DNA of 64,000 nucleotides from Pavona decussata (Eukaryota): NCBI GenBank assembly GCA_977016875.1, contig CDRNST010000008.1, positions 3,162,001 to 3,226,000 of the forward strand, read 5' to 3'. Shown piece by piece: positions 48,337 to 60,800 of this stretch (position 1 is its first letter; each line of letters starts with the position of its first letter). The notes under the pieces were generated by a model. It saw only the letters and a program-made list of their open reading frames with translations, ran no database searches and was not told where the DNA came from. The position numbers and the translations under genes were made by a program.

Positions 48337-51234
48337 ATGATGTATTTGGCTGTTGTTATTTATATAATTTTTTCCTTAACAGGTTTTCATCTTTTGGCGT
48401 TTGACCATTGATGTCTCATTGTGCGCTTTCTAATTTGTCTTTGAAATTTAAGCCACTTGTCGACTGACGCCCTTTGACACCCTATCCCCTTTGTGATCTC
48501 CCTCCTACAGTATTAATTAAAAACCGTAACATGTATGAGAAAGGTGGAGACGCAGTGAAGTTATGCATGGCAGTGCGAGACAGACTCGAGTGAAGGATGT
48601 CGGCGGCTTGCAATATCTCTTAACTTTTTCTCCGTACAGTTACGCGTTTACATGGCAGCGTACCGATAAATGTTCAGAGAAATCTTTAATAATGCCAGAG
48701 AATGACCTTGCGATAAAGTATATTATTCATTGAAGGCTTACTCATTCTAATTCTGAGTTTATTTCTTCAAAGTGTACTGGACAGAACGTTTTGTTTTTTT
48801 GTTTGGTCAAATCTTCATGTTGTACTCGTATAAAAATCGAAACAATAACCCTATCAATTTTTCTCCCTGCATTTGAGGCGTATAAAACGTGAAATTGAGA
48901 CTGGGGATAGTATAGCTGTGACGTCAATACAGGATCGCTACTTTCCCGGTTTCTCTATTCCTCAGTTGTTTCGTTGTGAGCATTTAACATTCCCAGTCAT
49001 AATTCCGTCGACATAGTTTCATTCCTTCGCACAAGAAAAACAATTGAAGAAAAGGAAAACCGGGAAACCGGGATACTAGCGATCCTATCCTGCATTGAAG
49101 TCGTAGCCCTACTATCTCCAGTTGCTCGTCTTGTCCAGGTGTGCAGTATTGTATCCCAACCGGAATTGAAATTTCTCATATTAATATACGATTCAAAGAC
49201 AAGGAATAAAAAATAATTGGAAAATTTTTTTCGATTTTCATACAACAACAAGGAAGATTTGATTAAGCAAATTTCTGTGATATACACTTAAAGGTTTTAA
49301 TTCGTAAAAGTTCTGTTTCCCTCTTTCCTCAGGCTCTGTTGGCAGGATGCTCAAACGAGAAATCAAAATTGACAGGCGAAGCCCTTGGGAATATGGTCAT
49401 TATCATCATCAACACATTTTCCTTGCATATGCCTTTACGTACTAAATATTGGTGCTAGTTAAGCCTAGTTTTCATACGTCGGGAAAATCCCAGACGGTTG
49501 GGGATTTCACAGATTTTGCCGAGATATCGGGAAAATCGCCAGACCTCACTGATGACAGACGCCATTTTAATTTCTCGGGGGGAAAGTGGGGAACTGGAGC
49601 GAAACAATTTAGAGGATTGGTGACGAGTTTAAACTGCCGCCGACGTCCCCGACAGTACACATTTGAGGTTTCGTATGTCGGGAATGATCGCCGACCATCG
49701 CAGAAATCTGGGACGCGTCGTGAAAATAGAAACACTCCCGATTTTCCCGATTTGTCTGCGACCATCCCACACGATCGTGGATGTGTACGATTTCCAGTGA
49801 AATCCCCGATCGTCTGGGATTTTCCCGACATATGAAAACTGGGCTTTACTTATTGTTGCTCAGGAAAGGTCTCCTTTACTCCTTGCGGGTGGCCTTCGTA
49901 GCATTGTGCATTCAATGTGTTTATTCTTTCATAATATCATGCGATTTTAATTGTTATTAAAATAACAATGAAATACCAGAGATATTTGAGGCATATCAAA
50001 CACAGTTGTGACTTCTTGGCACGTAATTATAGCCTCTCGGAGTTCTGATTGGTCTACTGTGGTTTTTAGGTCTGTTGTGATTAACCAGAGTTATTACGTT
50101 GGTTTCGATTTTACTACAGTTATATTCTAACTTCTCCAACAGGGAAATGACTCCAAGACCTTTGTTTTTTCAAGGGACTTAAAAGAGTGTAGTTTCAATT
50201 AATTTTTGTCTTTTTACATTATGTGCCCGTTCCAAACTTAAGTGCATCGAGGATAACGAGATGTTCATTATAAATTATGTTATCTGAAGAAACGAGCATG
50301 TGACGTACAAATTGTTCCCAATGAAAGCCGATTTTGTTCCATACAAATATACAGCTGCGATGAATTTTGGGAATTTAATGAAGTGTTTTTGTGCTCTAGA
50401 TTTCAAAATGCTAAGGGAGCTAGATTTTGATGTCATTTCACGAATATGATTATGATTCATTACCATTGTTATTATTATTTTGTCTTTTTTGCAGCTATGC
50501 TAAAATATCTTTTGGGAAATCCCAAGGGAAATCGTAAGTAAAGTCTGAAGCCTTAGTTTTATTAAACCAAGTCGCCGTTTCCTAACAACCTTTAAGAAAC
50601 CTTTCCGAGTAATGAGTTTAGAAATTATTTAAAAATTCTACAAAAGAGATTTATCTTTTCTCAGGCAGAAGAAAAAAACAAAACAAAAATTTTTCCCTTA
50701 AAAGGTTAGTCTGCGACACACCAGACGGCATCGGAGAGTCTGAGAATGACTGATTCAAAAATGTTACTCCAGTATGAAGGAGTATTTAATAGAGCACATT
50801 CAATGCTTAATCATCCTATTGCAATAAATTATCATTCTTTGTCTGTAGTTTCTAAAGTAATTTCCAAAGGGATAATATGCTAGTTTATAACGTCTATGAG
50901 TTCTAAAATGCAAGTGTTAATCATATCTTTATCTACAGCAAAGACAGCAAAGGCGATAACAGGAGAGAGGAGAACAACAAGACTGCATAGATTATGTTCG
51001 GGTAAAATAAAACTGCGTGATAAATGGACAAAAGACAAATTAATCTATGACAAAATCATCTGCGGTATGTTCACTAGAAAAGATTTATACAAGAAACACA
51101 AGGAACACGTAGCAAGGCTGTTATCAGGAAAGACAGACAAAAATTTGGATGAGCAGAAGGCTGAGCTCATTAGAGCTGTCAATGAAATGGTACACGCCGC
51201 GGGGCCCATTCCTCTTTTGCAGATTAAAGGTTAA
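48337..51234 (+). CDS. Gene C: small secreted basic protein or prepropeptide, 147 aa; exons 48337-48382, 49333-49395, 50495-50533, 50939-51234
   Basis: Four exons joined by three phase-1 GT-AG introns give MMYLAVVIYIIFSLTGSVG-RMLKREIKIDRRSPWEYAMLKYLLGNPKGNPKTAKAITGERRTTRLHRLCSGKIKLRDKW...IICGMF...PLLQIKG* (444 nt, in frame). Acceptors are strong; two donors are weak (gttttc, gtcatt). Probable 5'UTR donor aag|gtaag near 47705. Confidence 0.65.
49462..49845. mobile_element. PIF/Harbinger-like MITE with TTA TSD (in a gene C intron)
   Basis: TTA|agcctagttttcatacgtcgggaaaatcccagacg ... cgtctgggattttcccgacatatgaaaactgggct|TTA. Confidence 0.85.
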
Positions 51235-52441
51235 TAATTTTAAACAGGTTACCTTGTGACGAAGCGCTGGATTTCTAAGAAATGAAAGAAACAGCTCACA
51301 GGAGTCTAGTATGGTGATTAAAAGCTGAGGCATGTACGCAAGACTGAAATATTCACCAGCTTGTGAAATCTATCTCAATTCTCATCAATCTATGATTAAC
51401 CACTACCTTAGGTTACGAAATCCCAAGACTCACCGTCCCTCGCCTTAAAAAAATAACCAGAAAAACGCTTAACATGAAAAAAATATACGTAAACAAACTG
51501 TCAAAAATAAAAACGCGAGACAAAATGAGTTTTGTGATCAATTACCCGAGTACAGTATGTGCATGGGGAATTACGATACGAGAAAGTTTGTAAGCCTATG
51601 CAAGGTCTACTGACAAGATAGTCAACGGGAGGTTCTAGACTTTAGCAGGCACAAAAACAAAAATGCATTTTGAGGTTGCCAAGACTGGTAATTTTATTAT
51701 GGTGTACAAATTTGAAATGCATTTTTTAAATTATAGTCTGTCCTCTCTTCATTTTGGTTTCTTCATACCAGATGGGGAAAATCAAAAAAACGAACAATAA
51801 CAATAACAGGAAACTGGCTGATAAATAAACTTCATTTATTATGGACCCAAATTCAAAAGAGATTTCATTTTCATTAAAACGTCCCTAAAATTCCCATTGG
51901 CTGCAACTGTCAATTGAGCATAGTCTCTTAGCCTAGACGGTTTGTTGTAATGTTTCGTAAAATATGATGTTCATTTCAAGCAAAGTAGCAACTGGTCAGT
52001 TGCAACTAGTCAAATACAAAGGCAAGACGTGTTTGAAAACTTGCAACAGAATGGGCGACTTTACACTAGCCCCTCCGCAAGTATCGCTAGAGAGCCACTG
52101 AGGATTGCTTAGCAAAGAAAACGTTTGTGTAGCTCACAATACCCCGGATATTGTTAAAGTCGGCAAGGAAGACTCTTAAAAGCAAAAGACATTCTTTGTA
52201 TTTCTTCGAATTGCGAGAAATCGTCGTGCATGGATATTCAGGTACGGCCCGGAAGGTATTGGGCATTCTGTGAAAATTCTGTCGCTGCGGTTTAAAAACA
52301 AAAGAAGACATAAAAAGGCATATGCTTTTTTTTCGAAACTCAAGCTTTCCTCTTACAAGGGACAAATTTCAACTCAGGATGGATGGGCTTCTGCCGCTGA
52401 TGCACTAGCTAAAGAAGGTGAATGGGTAACGAAGTGTTTAA

Positions 52442-52836
52442 GGACGGTGCCCAGTAATACCGAAGTATTATTGCACGGTTTATGACTATGCAGGAAAAGC
52501 AGATCTTAGCACAAGCCATGGAAATCCAAAAAGAAAATTGGAGGTAACCACGCATTTTTTGGAGATAATTAAGCAACAATTATTCTGAAAAGCAGTAACT
52601 AATACAAAGCAATGTATCGCATTTTTTTCCCAAATTGAAGCGTTATTATCTCTGAAAAATGCATGGCTACCCCCAATTTTCTTTTGGATACCAGAAGCAC
52701 TTGCTAAGTTCTGCTTTCCCCTAATAGTTTTAAACAGCGCAAATATATCCTTGTATTAGTAGCCACCACCCATAGGAAACCCGAGTATCATCAGATGCGC
52801 AGAACGTATCCGCAGTAACAAAAGTAGACTCCGTCC
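52442..52836. mobile_element. TTAA-flanked non-autonomous DNA transposon, copy 2 (family of 17549-17910)
   Basis: TTAA|ggacggtgcccagtaa ... gtagactccgtcc|tgaa, with internally palindromic body shared with copy 1. Confidence 0.65.
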
Positions 52837-53552
52837 TGAAAACATTTCGGACAATCGTTTTACTTCAAGACTGCCCACTCGAACACTTCTGCAGATGTGC
52901 AGGTTACTAGAGTGAAAGAAAAAAGTAGTTTTATTTTGCTCATGAAAAATAACTTTTGCTCCTTGTACATCAAGAAAACATCTATCACCAGCAGCAGCAT
53001 TTTTTGTTTTCTATTCTTTTACGAGCAATTTGCAATTTACGTTACAAAATGATTCAGTTTCATCTGTTGCTGGCCAATCCTGGTTTATCACCTTTTGCAA
53101 ATTTGCACACAAATATCTGTAAGCAAAACATGTAGTTGATTACTTGGAAGACATTCGTCCAATGTGAACAAAGGGAACAAAGCTAACACCAAACCGAAGG
53201 GTGGTGCTTAGGTTGCTTAATTCTTACTTGAATCCTTTCAAGCTGCCGACTTTAATAATATGGGAAGTAAGGCTTGCCAAATTTTCCCTGAGTGGCTTAG
53301 TTACTAAATTTATTTTGCACATCGATTTCAGCGCTTGCCTTTGTGCGATTGGCTAAGTAAGCAATACGAATAAAACTTGACCTGACCTTTCCTCAAGTTT
53401 ACTTAGCATCTAGTGTAAAGTCCTCCAATCGCTTGGACATGACGTGTAACTGTACGATGGCTGAAAGCTATGATATTTACACATAGAATCGTCAAAACGC
53501 AGAGTTCATTAAGTCCTTTCATTGGATAGTTTTTCTATATCTCTTGACATGG

Positions 53553-54340
53553 TTATACATGCTTTGGCTGGTGTGATCCTTTTCTGGCCCTTGTTATTTT
53601 AGCTCTATTATGGTTGTCTTTTTTTCTGGCTTTGCTCTTAAACTCTCTTCTAAATAAACCATTACCCATACCACCCATACTTGACATTCCCGGATCCTGC
53701 ATTTCTGGCATTCCCTCCATACCACCCATTCCATTCATTCCGTTACCTACACCACCGTCCACACCACCAATGCCATTCATATTTTGCATTCCGTCTACCC
53801 CTCCCATCATACCCAATCCGTCTGATCCTCCCGGCATATCATTCATTGGAGCGAATCCTCCTGGGCCCTCCGGCATATCCTGCATCGGCCCAAAACCTCC
53901 TGCTCCTCCAGGCATATCATTCATTGGAGTAGGACCACTGTCTGGTCCTCCTGGCATATCATTCATCCGTCCTAATCCTCCAAATCCAGCTGGCATATCA
54001 TTCATCGGACCCAACCCTCCCATACCTCCAGCTCTGCCTTGCATTCCCTGCATACGATTCATCCCTCCCATCCCTCCACCTTTTCCCATTGCACCCATTC
54101 CATTCATTCCAGCCATACCACCCATTCCATTCATCCCGGCCATACCACCCATTCCTACCATTCCACCACCTCCACCTCCTCCCATATTTGGCCTTCCACC
54201 CATCATTCCATTAGAATTTTTCCAAGCGCTGGCAAATTGGTTTTGCATCTGTTTTTCAATGGCCGACATCGCTTGCTGTTGCATTTGTTTCATCGCAGAA
54301 TTGTAAAACATCTCGGGTGTAGCTGCATCAGTACCTGCAC
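53553..54340 (-). CDS. Gene B, alternative (distal) last exon; isoform 2, about 538 aa
   Basis: Acceptor aatctcatag at 54342-41, phase 1. Reads GAGTDAATPEMFYNSAMKQMQQQAMSAIEKQMQNQFASA, then Gly-Met repeats, 5x (P/R)M(N/Q)DMPxG, RR and a Lys/Arg-rich tail; AATAAA near 53314-53309. Confidence 0.7.
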
Positions 54341-54879
54341 CTATGAGATTGTAATGACACCAAATTACTACTTAAAGAGGTTTTCATGCATATACTTTAA
54401 GCTCTTTGACGCATGCTGTTTCGTTGGAAATATCATTTTATAATTCCTAAACTTTGCGACCTATAATGCAAACATGTAAACACTGATTCTTTTTCATGCT
54501 ATGTCTATATGGAAAAGAATCAGAAATTCACTATTTTTAAGAACAAGCTTCAAGAGAGCGAAACTTCACTTTTTAAGGGTTTTTATTACAATTTGTAGTT
54601 CTCTTACAGAGACTTAGTCATGTCATATATTTTCAGTTGGGGATGAACTTGATTAACATGTCGGCAGAAGTTTATAGTCCAGGAATAAGAATTATCTCAA
54701 AAACACTTTAACGTAGGTGAAAGACAATGAATACTATAAAAAGAGGATCGGTCTGCCATTTCCTACTGTAGACAGTCGTCTGTGGTACCTTTATTATGAT
54801 TACGATGGGATACTCCAACGACATGTTTTCAGTCATCGTCTGAGAAAGAAAAGAGTTTCATGCAGGAAATGTGGGTCTC

Positions 54880-57800
54880 TCATTGCTTCCTTTTGTAGTG
54901 TTTACCTGTTGTCTTTCCTCTTTTCTCAGTCACATGTTTTTTTGATGCCACCGTAACTTTCTTTTTTCTTTCTTTGCTTGCATTTTGGTCGTTGTGCTTC
55001 ACCTTTTCTTTCTTTTTAGGCTTTTCAACTTTTGCTATTTTTGTTTTTCTATCATATGGTGCATCGTAGCCGTCATCCATTTCACTTTCAGGGCCTTCGT
55101 CGAACGGCCCCTCAAAGGCAGCACGGTCGCGAGCGGGAACAAAATACGGCTCATCATCATTATCGTCATCGTCATTATCATTATCCACCTCCATTTCGTC
55201 GTCTTTGAAGTCCTCTTCGTTGTTAATGTAGTGATGTCTGCGGAAAGGAACAATATAAGGCATTCGGTCCCGACGTTCGTATCCCAAAGGAACTTTATCT
55301 CGCCCAACCGCAGGTTCGTCAGCCATGGGATACATTGATCTCATCGGCATCCTAAAACCCTCTCCAAAGCCTCTGGAGTAGTAGGGATTACCTCCGAAGA
55401 ATTCAGCATTGTCTCTAAGTGAATCTCGTTGAATAGCATTGTCCGTCTCATCCATCTCTGGCATACGGTTACCATACATTCCTGCCATTGCCATGTCTCC
55501 CATTCCTTCAAATCCAGCCATTCCCCCCATTCCCCCCATACCTCCCATTCCTCCCATATCCATTCCCCCCATACCTCCCATACTACCCATGTTATCCATA
55601 CCTCCCATACTTTGCATGCCACCCATACCACCCATTCCTCCCATTCCTCCCATCCCTCCCATTCCTCCCATCCCCCCCATTCCTCCCATTCCTCCCATTC
55701 CACCCATTCCAGCAGCTTGCATAGCAGACTTGAACTGGTTCTGCATCTGTTCTTGTATCACGGCCATAGCTTGCTCTTGCATTTGCTTCACCATCGGGTT
55801 GTCAGGCGCTTCTGAATTGCCTTTGTCTATAATATAATGACACGGAAAGGAAAATTTAGCAATCTTCTTATCACCCTTCATCGTTTTATCACTTTAAATG
55901 AAAATAAATACAATGAAATCTGCAATTACACAGCGACAAACCGATGAGTGGTGCCGGATCACTTGTAGACCTGGATCAGCAAATTATTTCAAATACAAAA
56001 TACTGACGGCAAACTTATCCCAACGGCGGAGGTGACGAGATTGATAGAATAAACAACAAAGGCTAGAATAACTGAAATATATTTGTTTTTAAAAAAAATT
56101 TTGCCTGATATTTCGGTTTGCAATACAAACCTTACTTGGGGGCTGAACGATAAAGAAAGTGAGAAACAGAAAAGGATCATTACAAATGAAGATTTAAAAT
56201 ATAAAAAGCGTGACGATGATTGGTTGTTTAGTTACACGCCAATGACATGTCTCACACTTGTAACTTTGTCCTAAAGAACCAATCATTGTCACGCATTTTA
56301 GATTTTAAATCGTCATTTGCAACGATCCTTTTCTATTTCTCACTTTTCTTTTTCGATCAGCCCCCGAGGAAGGTTTGTATTGCAAACCGAAATAACGGGC
56401 AAAAATTTGTTTGTTTGTTTTTGTAACAAATATATTTCAGTTATTCTAGCCTTTTTTGTTTATTCAGTATCAAGTTCGTCACCTCCGCCGTTGGGATCAG
56501 TCTGCCTTCAATGTTTTGCAAATAAAAATACCTCATACCAATAGTAATGTATGAATCTCTACAAACAGAATATTAAAATGTCTCTGCCAGTACCTTGCTC
56601 CTGACTCGGAGCTTCATTGGGTTCTACAGAAAAAAAGGGAAAAAAACCAATCAATTGGTGAATGCAATAGAAAATTATGTTAAGCCATTAAAGTAACATA
56701 AAGTAACATAAACATAATTATATCATCATTAATTAGTATAATTACTCAGGTGATTATAGAGATTCTATTGATCTCATTGGTCGAGGACTGCGTCATATCT
56801 TGCTATAATCACCCCGCGCGAGGTGATAATGGCGGGAGCACTAATTTTCAAAATGGCCGCTTAGCGATTTGTTCGATTCATACGATGAAAGGAAATGCAG
56901 TTTCGAAAGGTGCTACAGATGCGACTTAGTCCGGGTTGACACTTTTTGAAAGCATGACATGAAGGTTTTGACATGCTGGAAATAAAGAAACTGGAATAAA
57001 GAAACTTTTTGCTCGAAAGTAATTTGTTGTAATTTACAAGTGTTTTTTTTTTCTTACAATTAGTAAGAAAAAAAAACACTTGTAAATTGCAGTGGAAATG
57101 TTGTCGGTGCTGATACCAATAAAAGCTTAAAATGAAAACAACAAATTACTTTCGAGCAAAAAGTTTCTTTATTTCCAGCATGGTTTCACCAACAAAACGA
57201 ATTTAAGACAGAATTTGAAAGCCTGGAAGTAAACGAGACGAGTAAATGTCTCTTTAAGTGTAAAGTTTTACTTAAAGTTTTCGTTTTAGTGAGGAGAAAA
57301 GACAGCAATTTTAAGAAAAATAGTTTTTCGTCGGCTCGAGCGGCCCTCGGCCACCATCCAAAGTCACCGCCTCACAACGAAAAATTTTCATTTAAGACAA
57401 GCTTGGACATGTTTATTGAAGCCAATAAAGGACTTAATTCCGAGGGCAATTTATAAAAGTCCGTTAACCGGAGAAGACATCAACAAGAAACAAGTGTGCG
57501 ACAAAGTGCTAACACGTGTCATCCTGAAGTTTTGCACCAACCAGCTTTATTCATCTCCATCTATTTTGGTAAACGGGTCTGAGAAAGCCAACATTCCTTC
57601 ACTGAAGAAATCAGTGCTTTGTCTTATTGAAACGACAGAGAAGTTTAGAATACTGACATTCAGTTTGAGGCATGAGCAGTTTATCGATTGATGATGTGAT
57701 TTCGATTGAGCTTGTGATCGGCAGACTGCGCGTCTCTATTCATTAACGCGTGATAATTTGAAATTTTTCGGACAGTTCTTGTTTTTCTGTTATAATCACC

Positions 57801-60800
57801 AGAGTGATTATTGTAAAAATGGTAAATACTCCCCTCGACTTTATTGAGCCTGAGGCGAGTAATTGTTAAATACCCTCAGCTGATTTTCAATTAGAAGGTA
57901 GAAAGTGCAGCTTAACTCTACGAATTGTTACTCTGGTTATCATAAAGCGACGTAGTGCAGAATTCTGGTGACATACCATGTGCGATTTCTCATGTCATAT
58001 TGTATCTAATCATAGCTATAACAAAATTCTCAAATGTGATTGGATATCACCAGCCATAATTTAAGAGTTAATAGGACAGTGTACGCGTCATGCCTAGGCT
58101 ATTGGGAAGCACACGCCATTGCACGCGCTGTAATAGGACAGTTGCACTTGACCGGGCTCCTTTTTTCCACGTATTTCGTGAATAAAACGGTTGTTTCTGC
58201 ATCAATAGTAATATAAGAATATATCAGAAACGTCTCTCTAAAACTTTGTTTATTTGTCACAGCCATCTGTTCACGGGAATTGTAATGGTCATGATTAATT
58301 GGTAACAGTACTTATTGTCGTCCAATCCAAGTTTTATTCAGTCTGTAAGCAGACTCGTGATGAAACAAATCAGACTCCCGCTACGCGGGTCGTCCGATTT
58401 TGTTAATCACTCATATGTCACCAGCCTCCAAGTGTGTTTGATTCAAAAAGAGTGACGTGTCTTTAACACCTTAAGCTAATTTCTGACCAATCCCTGTTTT
58501 TAATCTTTAATTGAGATAATTGCCATTAGTGCACTACTGAATCTGGCAATGGCTGGTCAACGGCTAGCTAAACAAGTACAATATACATTGAACTAAATAT
58601 ACTGTGGACTAGATTAAAAATTACACAAGCAGCTAATAAGGACAGAAAGTTTGGCGAACCAACCCGTATTAAGCGGCTACTTGCCACTTCGTCGAAAGTG
58701 GGCGTTAAGTAAGGGTCCCAGCGTATTAATAATACCTGTTTACCTTCTGAAGACGGAGAATGGTCTTCATCATTTCCGCGTCCACCCTTACTGTCATCAG
58801 ACATTCCCACAGGCACCACAGGAGGTGCTTCGCCATCAGATCCAGACTGAGTAATCTTTAGGTCAGGAGGAAGCTTGGGATGGTCTGGTCCCGCAGCAAT
58901 AGCAGCATAAGGATCTGTTTTACCCTTGTGAAATTGTTTTGGATCCATAGCAGAACCACTTCCTCCCTCGGAATCGTCATCATGTTTGCCATTGCTGTTG
59001 TTTAACGCTGATGATACGTTAGGAAGTACTGCGTCCACTAATTTGTCAACTGCTTTGAGTGTTGATGTGCTGTTCATGTCCTGGAGTTGGGAAGCATTCT
59101 TGATTCCGTCTCTAACTTTACTCAGTGGTACCCCTGTGGATACTTGATTGTCAGGCTTACCATTCTGGTTGGGCTCTGAAGCAAAATTAGTAAACTCCTT
59201 TCGATCAGGCATCACACTTCCAGGCTTGGCACTCTTTAGTTTATGAAAGAGTCTTAGTAAGTTTTTGTGAATGCTTGTCTGAAGACTTCTGATTTTGGTT
59301 TTGTCTTTTGTACTGCTATCTTCGTCATCTTGACAGTCATCGTCTTGTGAAGATGACTTTTGCAACTCTTTCTCAGCATTGTAAGCAGCACGAGGGATAT
59401 GAGAATCTATGTTCTCCTGCTTAGATTTGGAAGACAGACCTGGACCTTTGTTAGCACAACCTAAATAATCAGAACAGATGCAATCATCAATCGCTATCAG
59501 AACAGATAATAATGTCTGACACATGAGCAGTGGACCTATTTCAAGACTACGCTCCATCTACAATATCTATTGAAGACATACCCACTACGAAAATGTGTTC
59601 TATATTTGGATAATTAAAGTAAATACCTTTAGGAGGTCTGCCGTCTGATACATCTGCAAAAAAGAGTTAAAGTTAATCAGTAGTTCACCATAAGTTTAAC
59701 ATCACTGTTTACCTAACTTGTTCTTTCCATTCCTCATTATCAACAATTTCGATTAATGTTATTGAATTAAACTGACCAGCTACTTAATCTTCAGTAAGCT
59801 GGAGTATACAAATTATGATAGCATGAAGTAAACCATAAATCCTATTTAGCCGGCGGGGAGAGGAGTGGAAGAAAGTGGCTGTAGGGACTTTGAACATTCC
59901 TAACCTTTTTTAAACACGGCCAACGAAATTTCTTTTTTTTTTTACCTTTCCGTGAAAAAAGTATCGGCGCTACTTTTTTCCTTGTTTATACCATTGTAGC
60001 GTTCCTTTATTTTAATTATTTTTAGTTTATTTGAAGGGTTTTCTTTCTTTCTCGTACGTTAAATCGGATCCAAGTTGGTGACTGTAATTCACCAATCCGT
60101 GACGTAATTGCTACGTCTTATGAAGGTATCGTTTCATTATGCGCACGCCGAAAAAAACGTTCTGGACGTACTTTAAACCCACCATGTTTCGTCGTCATAG
60201 TTTTAATGCTCTTGCCGTTACCAATGGCGTTGTACTTCCCTCCCAGGCTCAGGAAGTTGAAAAAAGCGCAGGAAAATTAAGGTTAAACGACTAAGTCCTC
60301 ATTGACAACCCTAGTATCCTAGAAACTTGGCAATACGAAGTCAATTACACTTATAATACTACTTAGAGACATCTAGTTTTCAGGTTTACATACAAGCCAA
60401 TGGAAACTATTCACTTCAACGGGAACCATATTTCAAATTTGACCGTTGGTGTCTTCAAATTTTCAGTGTTTCGTTTGCGTTTCCTAACATTCAGCTGCAC
60501 TGTTTAAGGCTTAACATTTCGGGCCAATGGGGGAAAGGGGGATGCTTATTAGAAAATTTGGTATCCAGAGGGGGCTTCTGATAGTGAGGGCTTATAGATT
60601 AGGAGTGCAGGAGGGGAGGGAGTTAAGAGAAATTTCAGTAATTATGGGAGTAAAATGTGTTACCAGGAGCTCTCAAACCTTGATTTAATGGCACTGCACC
60701 ACTTTCATGCAGTTTTCAAAATGTAGCTTTATTGCATTCACACTTGATTCCGGCTATTAAGCCTTATTGGAATTAGCGGATCGGATGTTTGTTCCTTGTT

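Noticed and set aside
49449-49835. Overlapping ORFs on both strands (128 and 119 aa)
   Set aside because: They coincide exactly with a TIR/TSD-bounded MITE and show no transposase motifs.
55510-55710. GGM repeats as an Hsp60/Hsp70 C-terminal tail
   Set aside because: No chaperone domain upstream; the repeat is internal to a signal-peptide protein.
53614-55837. Plus-strand Pro/Ile-rich and His/Ser-rich ORFs and the minus-strand WEEWEE ORF
   Set aside because: Antisense or shifted-frame shadows of the Gly-Met repeats; only the GGM frame has splice sites linking it to a signal peptide.
58568-58743. Hydrophobic C-terminus of ORF 58568..59557 as a TM or GPI anchor
   Set aside because: It lies past the phase-1 donor at 58744 (GAAG|gtaaac) and is most simply intron read-through; intron retention cannot be excluded without RNA data.
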